A stretch of 63,179 bases of DNA, filler included, from Guillardia theta CCMP2712 (GCF_000315625.1; 5 parts of 5 records of this genome joined end to end with filler, not necessarily neighbours in it), one strand, 5' to 3'; shown: positions 21,499 to 33,564, counted from the first letter of the whole stretch. A program made the numbers and translations. The notes: generated by a model not told the origin, from the letters alone.

Positions 21499-22521
21499 TC
21501 AACATGAGCTCTTGTGTCTTCGAAAAACCATGGATGTACGTGTAAACCAATCATAATTGTCAGAGGCCTTGCGGAACATTCGTTCACTCCGAAAATCTCT
21601 GAAATACTTCAGATCTCTAAAAATTGCCTCAATGTAGTCGTTGCCATGATTATTGATGTGATTATGACCACCCTGTCCAAGAATTGCCCAACTCAAAACA
21701 ATTCCCTTGCAATTGTGCCGATGCAGATTTCGTATTACAACACCCTCAAAACGACTTGGGACGTGTTCCCCTACCTCTAACGACACTACCCATTCCTTAA
21801 TGGGAAGATTGAATGGGATCGTCAAATCTAGAAATCGGACAAAGCCATTGGTGTACTCCTGTACATTGCCAGCACCGTCAAATGCCTGATAGTCAAGTTT
21901 GGGAAAGAATTTCAAAAGCTCACATCCATATTGTCCAACACCAGCTCCAAAATCGTACAGTGACGTGATATTCTCAGTTAGAATCAAACGTTTCAAAGCT
22001 AGAAGCACTTGCTGTGATGCTTTTACATGGCGGGTAGGGCCAGGGATAACGTATCCTTCAGGAGTGACAATACTCCATAGCTTTCCAGGTTGTAAACACC
22101 ATCCGCCTGTGCCTGACACACTGTCATTGAGTCCAAGGCAAAGCTTACGAGATGCTGAATGACGATCATTCAACATCTTTTCTAGGAACGAATAAAGCTG
22201 TGGAGAAACTTCAAATCGAGCACTGTCTTCAATGTCGGAAATATTGTAATGCCTTGGACAATCGACCCTAGTTTGAGGGCATCCACATTTTGTTGGACAA
22301 CCCAATCCATACTCGGCAGGTCCAATCAATTTCTCGTTTATTTCCTTCAAATGCTTCAAGGAGTCAATCGTCGTACTGTAAAATTCACTCTTGTACACCA
22401 GAAAACGACTTCCATGCTTTGGCAATTTTGAGAACGCAAGAATCAGACAGAATGATACAATGAAAAAAACTGGAACAGAGTGATTACGTGCAAACCTAGA
22501 AGTAATATTGCCCGGGACCAT
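21499..22521 (-). CDS. Membrane-anchored class I SAM-dependent methyltransferase, intronless
   Basis: N-terminal TM (VPVFFIVSFCLILAF); motifs LYDFGAGVGQY, AFDGA, VVSLEVGEHVP and LSWAILGQGGHNHIN. First ATG at 22521 (the ORF track starts at a GTG, 22590). Confidence 0.85.
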   Translation of the reverse strand: MVPGNITSRFARNHSVPVFFIVSFCLILAFSKLPKHGSRFLVYKSEFYSTTIDSLKHLKEINEKLIGPAEYGLGCPTKCGCPQTRVDCPRHYNISDIEDSARFEVSPQLYSFLEKMLNDRHSASRKLCLGLNDSVSGTGGWCLQPGKLWSIVTPEGYVIPGPTRHVKASQQVLLALKRLILTENITSLYDFGAGVGQYGCELLKFFPKLDYQAFDGAGNVQEYTNGFVRFLDLTIPFNLPIKEWVVSLEVGEHVPSRFEGVVIRNLHRHNCKGIVLSWAILGQGGHNHINNHGNDYIEAIFRDLKYFRDFRSERMFRKASDNYDWFTRTSMVFRRHKSSC

Positions 22522-22848
22522 GGCACCAGTAGAGGTTTTATGGATGTAGGCTTGAATTGCGAAGTTTAGAGGGTCCTGTTGTTCGGGCACTAGGGGTTTT
22601 CAGGAAAATCCAAGCAAGTAGCATCCAGCCAGTAAGTTTGAATTTTCCGATTTCAAATTAGGCGAGATTTGAGAGGACGCATGAAAGTCAACCTAAATGC
22701 ATAGGAAGCACCTGTTACGGAATCCCCCTAAAATTTGTACCACGAAATGTTTTTTTTGGAACTGTCGATATATTCATTTTCCAGTAACTTGGGCGGGCCG
22801 AAGCCCGTCGCCAGATTTGAGCCGGCAATGGCAATGATGCCTGAAGGT

Positions 22849-23838
22849 GCCTGATCTCTCCGGGCGGCCGTGACCGGTCAGCGGACCGTGTCAGCAGGCC
22901 CGTGACATGTCAGCCGGCTGACAGGGGCCGTGACCCGGCTGACAGGCTCACCTGACCGGTCACGTGACACATCACGTGACCGAGACAAGACTTTTTTATA
23001 TCGCAGATCCAAAAACCCATAGGACATTTCTCCCAGGGGGAAGAAAACCTCCCTTGACCCCCCTGTTTCTCGACGGATCCTGCCGGCCGGGCCGGTCAGT
23101 AGACCGACTGCAGCCTTCAGCCCCGCCTCAGACCCCCTGGAGGCCCGCCAGGAGGCTAAGTGTCCGGAGATTGGCCGGGGGCCTGATCTCTCCGGGCGGC
23201 CGTGACCGGTCAGCGGCTCGGACCGTGTCAGCAGGCCCGTGACATGTCAGCCGGCTGACAGGGGCCGTGACCCGGCTGACAGGCTCACCTGACCGGTCAC
23301 GTGACACATCACGTGACCGAGACAAGACGGAAGTTTTTTATATCGCAGATCCAAAAACCCATAGGACATTTCTCCCAGGGGAAGAAAACCTCCCTTGACC
23401 CCCCTGTTTCTCGACGGATCCTGCCGGCCGGGCCGGTCAGTAGACCGACTGCAGCCTTCAGCCCCGCCTCAGACCCCCTGGAGGCCCGCCAGGAGGCTAA
23501 GTGTCCGGAGATTGGCCGGGGGCCTGATCTCTCCGGGCGGCCGTGACCGGTCAGCGGACCGTGTCAGCAGGCCCGTGACATGTCAGCCGGCTGACAGGGG
23601 CCGTGACCCGGCTGACAGGCTCACCTGACCGGTCACGTGACACATCACGTGACCGAGACAAGACTTTTTTATATCGCAGATCCAAAAACCCACAGGACAT
23701 TTCTCCCAGGGGGAAGAAAACCTCCCTTGACCCCCCTGTTTCTCGACGGATCCTGCCGGCCGGGCCGGTCAGTAGACCGACTGCAGCCTTCAGCCCCGCC
23801 TCGGACCCCCTGGAGGCCCGCCAGGAGGCTAAGTGTCC
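22849..23838 (-). repeat. 332-bp satellite in inverted orientation, about 3 copies
   Basis: Reverse complement of the unit at 1-2444. Confidence 0.97.
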
Positions 23839-26493
23839 CATTACGTCATGATCTTGAAATTTGGTCCATTTCTTCCTGAACGGGGTTGTTCGCAAACACA
23901 TCAAATTGTGGGGTGGGGTGGTCTACTACAGGTTTTAAAGTTGCTTTCTGGTACTGTTTACAAGTATGTAAAATTTCAAATCCAGTTTCAAATTGACTTC
24001 GAGTACTCCCCGGCTTCCCCTACACGCCCGACATGTCGCCATCTACACGCCGGCACGCAGTACCGAAGCGCCCTCCATGATGCATGGCGTCGGCGCATGC
24101 AAGAGCTGAAGCAACAGGCATTTGTGTTCTTCGTTCAAAGCAAACAAGTATCAAGTCTGACATGAAGAAATGGAGGTCTGAAGCAGGTGGTGAAGGAGTA
24201 TGATTGCGTAGAGGTACGTCACACCTCGATTATCGCTTCTCATGGGATTGAAGGCTGAGAATGCTGGTTTGGCATGAATGAAAAACTTGAGATTGATGCA
24301 ATTTTGGAGATGTTTGGAACAGGCAGCGTCTTCTTCTGAGTTAGAATGAAGCTGAACGATAGTTGTCAAGCCGCTTTAGTGCAAGCACCTCGAGATTTTC
24401 AAGATCTGCACTTCATGATTTGAATCATCTGTGGCGCCATGCAAGATGCCAGTCCGAATTCAAACGTCTTGAAGTTTTCATCATGATTTGCATCGCTACC
24501 TCATTATATTTTGACATTAGATAATGATGCTTCGCATGTGTAAAATGTTGGGATTACACTACAACCTTTCAGATGCATGTTCTTGTTCTAGACAAAGTAA
24601 CATCAATAGAATATACATACATGTCGTACAATTGTCACAATTATGACTATGTACAAGTTAGACTCGTGTCTGGCTGTAGATTTATTCCAAACCGCAAGTT
24701 ACACTCTCCGTCCTCTTTGGCTTTGAACTTCTTTCACCGACAGATTTATCATCTTAGCTGTGATGGGCTTGTTGCAATGGCTCTGCTTCCACTGCTCAGA
24801 GAAGTGCACTGATGCACAACGCCCGGCATTCAAGTCCAGCCTTCAACTATCAATACTTGAAAGCACGAGAGAAAACTCCTCGGCAATGGAATCGCATGAG
24901 AGAAGACTCTGAGAGAAGGAATGGCTAGTACAGCTCATGAGAGTTGTTTTCAAAAATCAACTGCAGTGCGACAGACAATTCTGGCGATCTCAATCATGAT
25001 TCAGCTTTCAAGTGGCTGATGCGTTCGCTGGCAGAGAGCTAACCTTGTCTGGAGGCAGCTGATGTCTCATGCTTTCTTCATCTTTGTTTGCCTATTCGAT
25101 TAGTTGCTTGTAAAGCTATATGTATGACCATCATGTGCACGATGCCAGGCTCAGTGCCCGGCATGGTGGAGTTGTGAATGAAACTGTTGCACGCTATCAC
25201 ATGCATAGTACCATGCTAGAGTATGTGACGTGCAAGTTCCTCATTGCATGAAATGAATGTCACCAACAGAGAGAGAGTCACATACATCTGCATACAATGT
25301 GCAAGCATCATTGGTGACGCCACTTTCTTTTGGCGTTCACCTGATTCAAATCCATCGCAAACATAGAAAAGCAACAGCAAGTATCTTCAAATCTGCTTCA
25401 CTTTCATCTCACGTAGCATTCTGGTACCAGGATGCTAGGGTGGCAACGCAACAAGGAGGATCGCATTTCCATCAAGTATTCGAAGGTTGCATCTCTCATC
25501 GCACCCTGATCCATTTTCCTCATGTTTTCCTTCTCAAAGTGTGAAAATCGCTTATATAACTAAGATACATCATCATCGAGGCGTCTCAGTGCAAACACAA
25601 GAAGGCAAGTGACATGCTTGTTGGGATAATGTAACCATGCAAATTTGAATCCTTGCCGCTCAAAACAGTATTTGATGCATATTTACACCATCACAAGATC
25701 AAGAAAGCAAACATCATCATTAACATACAGTTAAAACTATTCTCACCATGCTTCAAAGCTTCTTTGTATTCACAAGCAACTCAACGAACTCAGATTCAAA
25801 TCTTCTCTTTCCTCTTGGAATCCAAGAGTGGTTCTCAACCATTATGGATAGGTTCAAAGAGAAGTTTTCTATTCATCCACATGACAGTACACATAGATTC
25901 GAAGTCTCTCACCATTCAAATTGGTTGTCGCGCGCGAGCAAGGGATCGGTTCGCCATCTCTTGCTTGGTCGAGGGAGGGGGGATTTGGGGAAAGTGAAGG
26001 AAAGGGGTGACCCCTACCCCCTTTTTCTGTATTTCAAACTTGGAAAGCAGGGGGTGGAGGTGTCTTGTTTCCAATCACCTACCCTCGCATTCCCAAGAGA
26101 ACCTGGGGTTAAAATGGGGGTACTCATGCATGTAAATTCAAACCAGCCGTTTGTTGGGTGCGGGGGGGTGGAACACAGTTCACCATCACCCTGAAATCGC
26201 CTTAAAAGCGTATTAGAACTGTACGAGGAGCTCGAGATCCGGTACTAACAGGCTCCAAGAACAGCCTCAATTTGCCTTGTCTACCCCCCTTGAAGGACCT
26301 CACAACCACAAACGGGGTAGTGCTACACCACCCGACATTTGATAGGGGAAAGGAGGGTAGTCTAAAGCAGATATGTGTGCTTCTGGACCCCGGACGGCAA
26401 GCTATGCCCCCCTCAGGACTAATTGGATCTGGCCCACTGGGCCAGCCTTTGTACCAGAAGCATTATTGAGTAATTCAAGATCATGACGTAATG
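23839..26493. mobile_element. Non-autonomous or decayed 2.66-kb TIR transposon (element 3)
   Basis: Perfect 20-bp TIR CATTACGTCATGATCTTGAA (23839-23858) / TTCAAGATCATGACGTAATG (26474-26493). Satellite on both sides, but the flanks are out of phase and show no clean TSD. Confidence 0.88.
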
Positions 26494-26494
26494 A

Positions 26495-26597
26495 ACTGCA
26501 GCCTTCAGCCCCGCCTCAGACCCCCTGGAGGCCACTAATACATAAAGCGTAACAGAGAATCACAGAGCTAAGTGTCCGGAGATTGGCCGGGGGCCTG
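26495..26597 (-). repeat. Partial inverted satellite unit with an internal substitution, near the contig end
   Basis: actgcagccttcagccccgcctcagaccccctggaggcc ... gctaagtgtccggagattggccgggggcctg. Confidence 0.85.
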
Positions 26598-26633
26598 TGA
26601 GAGAATGTTCTGACAAAGGGGCTTTAGAATACG

Positions 26634-26733
26634 NNNNNNNNNNNNNNNNNNNNNNNNNNNNNNNNNNNNNNNNNNNNTTAATTAATTAANNNNNNNNNNN
26701 NNNNNNNNNNNNNNNNNNNNNNNNNNNNNNNNN
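26634..26733. other. Assembly gap with artificial TTAATTAATTAA linker
   Basis: N44 + TTAATTAATTAA + N44, identical at all four gaps. Confidence 0.97.
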
Positions 26734-29700
26734 AGATTGTAGACCGCCCCTCCTTCGGGTGTCATTATGGAAAGTCAGACCCCCGTCCGTGGACAAGTAC
26801 AAGCTGGCCCGCTGCTCCTGCTGTCCGGGCGCCTCGCAGACTACTCCTGACGAGCCTACCCCCTGCCCTTCCGTAGGCCTTCCCTTCTCTCCGAACTTGC
26901 ACACCACTCCACTGCCTGCCTCCCCTATCAAAGCTCCCCACACCGTCACCACCGTCGCCCCGCCCCCGGCTATGCCCCATGTTGGCTCTATCCTCTCCAC
27001 TCCCTTTCCTCCTGCTCCTGTGTACTGCAGTCGCAAAGTTCCCGGCCTTGAGTAGTCTACCCCGTTGTTGCTGATAGCTACAGTAATGTTTTTGTCAATC
27101 AATCGATGTTCTAAAATTGTTGGCAGAGCACATGTCAATACAGTGCTTGTTTTCCAATCACCGACTTTGATTTCATTAATTCCGATCTTGCAGAGATAAG
27201 AATGTTCGCTTGGGAAAATGAAGCCAACAATTTCAATTCTAGGTACATTTTTGTTTGACCAGTCAACATTAATCCTCTGCAGCGTTAGTTCTGGCAGGGC
27301 ATGTATTTCGAGAGTTGCTAGGTTGAACAGTTGTTTCTTGCTCAAAAGTATTTCAAAACGGTTGATTCCAACAGCATGAAAGGTTGGTGCAACAAAACCA
27401 ATTCTATTCTGAAAACATTTAGACGGCCCATCACCCATTGTGGCATTTGGTACAAGTCTAATCTTAACATCATATGTGCAAAGATCTTGAAGCGAATCGA
27501 ATTCCACAGATATAATGGTTCTAGATGAAACGTATGTGAGCGAAGGAAAGAAATTCGTTATCAAAAGTTTTTCCAATAAAGGAAGAGGGAATCAAATGGT
27601 CTTGAAAGATCGCTATGACCTTTGCATTTCAATAGCAGTCGTACTCTCACATATCCAGTTGTGCTTTTTGCGGGTGCTCTGCAAACCCATCCAGAATTCC
27701 CTTGATGGGAAGCAAAAACTGTATCATCCGCGAATAGACAGTTGCCCTCGCAGTCATCTTGATATTCCGACAAAATCTGAACTAAAGTGCCACCTTCAAT
27801 AGGTCCGCTCGAAGGCCAAATATTCATGCGGAGTGGACTTGATACAGTGGGTGAAAAACTGACAAGTGGTCCAAGCAAAATATCATTAGTGCAATCCACA
27901 TGTAAGCCTATTACGTGAAAACCTGGCACGAGTTTGGGATTTATGGAGAGGATTAGAGAAGAAGTCACAAGCCTCCCAGGCCAAGAAAGGTTTCCAAAAA
28001 GAACACGAATACCATTCGAATGAACGAAAAGATCAAAATGTTCACCTCGGATACTGACGAGGGTGCTTGAAAACGGATTTAGAATCGTAGGTTTCACACC
28101 AAGAATTTCAGGATATGATTTCATGTCAAAATATCTCTCAGAACAAGCCAGAATCTGTTCTTGATTTGTCAAACAAACCAATTCGATATTGTCAACCATT
28201 GCATCAGGCAAGCGACATTTCAAGATCGGAATTGAAACATCACTAACAGGGAACGTTTGTTTCATATCCTTTCCTTCTATCAACAACTGCATAATTCCAA
28301 GCTCATGTCCAATCTCCCAAAATTCTGCATCTAATTTTAGGATGAGAAAGGAATCATTCCCGGTAAGATTCAAATGATAAATTTCTGGAATTTGGAAAAA
28401 TGGATGAAATCTTCCACAATCCATTTGAATTGTTGATCCTTTATGACAAGCATGAACCATCACTGCAACTAATGGTGTCAAAGGTGGAACCTCACATCGG
28501 AGTAATGTACTTGCTTCCACCTTCGCTGTCACAACTGTTCGCCCAAATTTACATTGAAAATTAGACAAATTATCGTTTCCTTTCAAATAGATCCTGATAG
28601 GGTAGCCTCCAGAACTAGGGCCGTGGCTCTGGCTCATTTGACACTGATGCACAGGTGAAGTTAGTTCCAAAGTAAATGCTGATGATGCAAGCAGCATTTC
28701 ATTCACTTTTACATGAACGGTGAAATTGCCAAATGCATGGGTGGAAAGATAGCAAAACAATCTCTGCGAAGTGCAACGATCCAATACAAGCCGACATTTG
28801 TTGTTCCCCAAAAGCACTTCTATGTCGTCCTGCATTTCAAAAATACTGTCTGTGTTGACCGTGATTGCATGAGAGTGAATGCCAGCGTCCCAAACAGCGA
28901 ATGCTGAGGTGATAGATGTCCTTGGTATCAATTCTATACCAAACCATGCTGATTCCGCACCCATCAAATAGATCGAAACTCTACAAGGAACCCTGGAGGC
29001 TAGATGCTTTGGAAAGTGTGGTGCGAGACATCTGGCAGTCGTAGATGTGACGATTGAAACAGTCGTTCGATTGAAAATTCGATCAGAATCAAATCGAAAG
29101 GCGCAAGAATACTCAAGAAGGGGATGAAAAGTTCCAATCACTGTTAGAGCCACATGACCCTGCATTGAACTGATAGCCCTTGAAGGCAAGACGGCATACA
29201 GGATCGGAGACTCAAAATACAGGAACGAGTTTGCATCTGAGAAGGGCACCCAACGATCGGAACACTTGGCGAAGATACTCACTTCCTGTGTTGCATTTGA
29301 TGACAATACAATAGGTGGTATTTGACAATCGGAAGAGTTAGAATACAGATCAATAGTACAATGTGCCTGATTTCTTCCCACTTGCAGCATAGAAACTAGC
29401 TCCCATCCTATCCCTGTTATACGCACATTTGTCTGCAAATGCATGGGACCCATCGATGGTCTTATTTTCAAACTATGGCAGACATAACCAAGAAAGTTAA
29501 GAGCGGTACCCGAATTTGAGAAGTGCTCACCATCATTACTTACTTCCAGCGTCTGGTTTTTGGAGTAGAGTGAAGATTCAAGATACATTCGGCAATGAAT
29601 CAGTGTTGAAGAAATGTATATGGCATATCCCTTGCTGCACCTCAGGAACGGCGAGTCTTTGAAATATTGACCTATAACCTCAACGCTAATGTGTCCTGAA

Positions 29701-32700
29701 CCTTTGGACTGTTGAAGAATCGAAACTGAAAATATTTCTGGTAATTGTGAGTAAATGAATGGAAGTACCTCTTCACTAAAGTTCGTTCCGTCATTGCTGG
29801 TCCGAACTTCAACAAACACTTCAGAATGAAAGTTTGGCAAAATGCAGTTTATATGAGATTCCGACAAGATAGTGCTAGGAACAAGACGAAGAATCTCTGA
29901 CCCATCATTTATCCTTCTCCTTGCGTAACAACCAGCATTGCAACTTGAATAGAACCCAGATCCAACTGCTAATATCAAACCTTTGCCAACCGGTGCTTGA
30001 GAAGGTTCCAAACTGTACAGGGAAGGGGTTCGAAAATAATGAAACTTGCCTGAAAAGAGCACAGTGCCAGGTTGCAAATGGAACGCAAGATCAACTTCTC
30101 CAGCAGTTAAATTGGGTTTGGCAGGAATTCGGCATACTCGAAAATTATTAAGCATGAAAGATTTTGCAAAACCTATTCCATCGAAAGCACAATGCAAGTT
30201 TGATAAGGAAGGTTGACCTGAAATTGTGATCAGTGTTCCACCGTATACAGGTCCAGAATGTGGCAAATAGTCGAATTTTTCATACTTGCTCGCATCAATT
30301 AAAATCCTTGTTCCATCTTTGCTGAAGTCTAGTCCGTTATTGCTGACCTCAATGGAAATGTTTCCCGTCGTATGGAAACTCAATGAGCAAGCTACGTGAG
30401 TTGAACTAAAGAATGTATATGGGGATCGAGTGCTGCATGTGAAAGATTCAGAATTCCTGAAATGTTGCCCGAATATGTCGACTTGAATCCATTTTCCCTG
30501 GCGTGAAAAATTGATGAATTGAACTTCAACTTTGCAGCCCTTATTTTAGGCAAAAGGTCTACCAAAAATTGAAATGAACCGAAAAACTCAATACCATCGT
30601 TGCTTACTTCAACATTGAGATTTGTACTAGTCAGATTCGATGGAACTGAGCATAGAACTGAGGTTGAGCTGAGAAATGAATGCACGACGTACAGCACATT
30701 AAATGTTTCAGAAATAAATCTGCAAGTGAAGTTGGAAGATTCAAAAAAATCAGAGCCCATGACATGAATGTGACTGCCTGTGCTGATTGGACTGGCTGTG
30801 GGGCTTATTCCTACAGGAGCAGGACGTGGAATCACCCAAAAAATGAAGCTTTTCACGTTGAGATTCGAGAGAAGAAGTGAGACGTAGACTCTTCTTGCCT
30901 TACCATCCTTGGTGGACAAAAATGGTGCAAGACATTCCGTTTTGACATGGTCTACACTGTTGATTTGACATGGACCAAATCCATCGAAAACAATTCTTGA
31001 ATGGACCCGAGGCTTGAACGACAATCCTTGAATCGTAAGCAAAAATCGAGTACCTTCAGATATCAGGGTAGGCGAAATGCGAACCTGTTGTAAAGCTGCA
31101 AAACGATCAAATAGATTCCGTTCGAGGTATAAATCTTCCCGTCTGTGCTAATTTCCAGCGCGTACGAGCCATCCACTGAGGGAAAGATTGGACACAGACC
31201 TGAATCAGATCCAAATATCAAACCATTGGTTGGTTGACTCTTTCCCAATTTACAATAAAGCCCACCGGCAGAAGAGAACCCTTGTCCGAAAACCGTAACA
31301 ATACTTAGTTGTGAAACAGGTATTAAACAAGGCGTCAATGAAAGCACTGACAAAAGAGGCTGAAGTGAAGAAACATGTACTGATGCATTTTGCTCAAAAG
31401 AAGACCCTGAATTGAGAAGATGAACTGGCTCCGGAAACAAGCATCCCGCCCACATGATACGATTCGCCGACAAAGAGACATTCCACTCTGAAACGATGTC
31501 AACCGTCACATTGTGAAAAACGCAAGGAACCGTACATAACACTGAGGTCGAAGTTAAAATCACCACCTTCTCGAAGACTCGCGAACCAAAGCGACACCGC
31601 GCCCCTTCCACCGTATACTTGCTCAGCCCCGCCCCTATCAGCGTTATGCTCCCGCCCCCGTCTGCCGGCCCCCTGCTCGGGATGATGCCCGTCAGCGTCG
31701 CTGCAGCCTCGTACAGCACCTCTGCCCCAGCCCCCGTGTAGTCTACTCCGTTGATGCTCACGTCCACTTCCTTCGCTCCATGCATCCCTGGGCCCCCGGT
31801 CTCTATGCTCCCGCACCGCACCATGCTTGACGTGATCCCTACTCCTATCGCCTCCTCCCAGCTCAGCCCGCCCCCGCTCCTCATGTCCCAGTACTTGCAA
31901 CGTCCCTCCGCCCCGATCAAGAAGCCTCTTCCTACTACCGTCAGCGCCGTCCCCGTCCCCGCTGTAACGATCGAAGGCCTCACCCCCGTTACCTCTACCC
32001 CCCCGTAGTACATGTACCTTCCTCCGCTGCACCGGCCCTCTGTGCCTACTGCCTCGACGCTCACCTCGACCTCCCGCCCTGGCTCGCTTCCCCCTCCCCG
32101 TCTTGCCCCGGGCGTCTTGCATCGTACTACTCCCCCTCCGACAACCGTCCCCTCCACCCCTGCCTCCCCGTCGTACATGCAGACCGCTGACCCTCCCCCT
32201 GACCCTCCTGCTGTCGCCCAACCTCTCACCCTGACCTCCACTACCGTACCGCCCCTCTCTGGCCCCAGCGACGGCTCTACCCTTACCACCTCGCACCGCG
32301 GCTCTCTGTACTCGACCCGCCCTCCCGTGGACCAGTCCTGCCCGTTGAGGCTGACCTCCAGCGATGCGTTCCCTCTCCCATGTGCTGGCATCACGCACTC
32401 GATCCTCGACCCCTCTGACGCCGTCGTTCCTACCCACTCCTCCCCCTCTCTTATCCGACACCAGGCCGCCTCCCACCGTCCTCCTTTCCCTTGTACCCCG
32501 TCCATCGCTACCCTGACCACAAACCCTCCTCCCGTCGGTCCTTGACTCGGATACACCCCCGTCACCTCCGGCCACGTCCTGTACCTATACCCGGCCCCTC
32601 CCGTCGTCGCCGTCCCTTGCCCGTCCCTCGTTATTGACACTTCCACTGCCTCCTCCCCTGTGTGCTCTGGCGCGATGCAGCTCACAACGCTGCTCGACTC

Positions 32701-33129
32701 CCAACGCGCCCTCCCCTCTCGTCCTCCCATGCCTCCGAAACGGCACCCAAGCCCTTCTCCCCCCATCATCCCTGACCCGATCACCCTCACGCGTGTGCCT
32801 CCTGATACCGGCCCCTCGCAAGGCTCTAGCCGTATGATCGTCCCCGCTTGGATGTACTCAAACACTCGTCCGCTGTCTTCGAAAGTCAGACCCCCGTCCG
32901 TGGACAAGTACAAGCTGGCCCGCTGCTCCTGCTGTCCGGGCGCCTCGCAGACTACTCCTGACGAGCCTACCCCCTGCCCTTCCGTAGGCCTTCCCTTCTC
33001 TCCGAACTTGCACACCACTCCCCTGCCTGCCTCCCCTATCAAAGCTCCCCATACCGTCACCACTGTCGCCCCGCCCCCGGCTATGCCCCATGTTGGCTGA
33101 AGGCTGTTTGCAATGAAGGTTTCCATCAC
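26734..33129 (-). CDS. Internal part of a very large IPT/TIG-domain repeat protein (multi-exon; ORFs 31063-33129, 30392-31042, 27561-30383, 26734-27576)
   Basis: Many repeats of the type P..GP..GGT.V.V.G..F....C.FG ... S...C..P ... V.VS.NG.D, the IPT/TIG consensus. Consecutive same-strand ORFs. Exon boundaries not resolved. Confidence 0.85.
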
Positions 33130-33177
33130 CTGGAGTATTTTGAAGGAAGGGTAATCATCTGAGCAGCGCGCGGTCTT

Positions 33178-33277
33178 NNNNNNNNNNNNNNNNNNNNNNN
33201 NNNNNNNNNNNNNNNNNNNNNTTAATTAATTAANNNNNNNNNNNNNNNNNNNNNNNNNNNNNNNNNNNNNNNNNNNN
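33178..33277. other. Assembly gap with artificial linker
   Basis: N44-TTAATTAATTAA-N44. Confidence 0.97.
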
Positions 33278-33444
33278 ACCCGTTACTTGCCTCGAAGCAG
33301 CAGCAGGAGTCTTTGAATTCTTTTCAGCTTTTCTGACCGCAATCTGACTTGTCATTCAGATTGCTGACCTGCGATCTCAACATTGCAGATGAAATCTACA
33401 AGTCAACAACATCTGATGCTATAGAGTGTAAATATCCCGAACAA

Positions 33445-33476
<32 letters not shown>

Positions 33477-33564
33477 ATCTTTCAGAACATCCTGCGCAAC
33501 CTTCCCCTTTCTTGAGATTTTCTCGTCCACCGCGTCCTCGGCCTCATCCTTCTTGCCACTAGCA

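Noticed and set aside
2445-26493. RNA-guided (Fanzor/TnpB) component in the elements
   Set aside because: No RuvC-like motifs or conserved end-encoded RNA structure recognised in any ORF or terminus.
1-26633. CRISPR array or integron interpretation of the repeats with unique inserts
   Set aside because: Units are 332 bp and directly tandem with no spacers. Three inserts are TIR transposons. No cas or integrase gene is seen.
26678-26689. TTAATTAATTAA palindrome recurring four times
   Set aside because: Artificial six-frame-stop linker centred in N-gaps, not biological. Linkage across these gaps is unproven.
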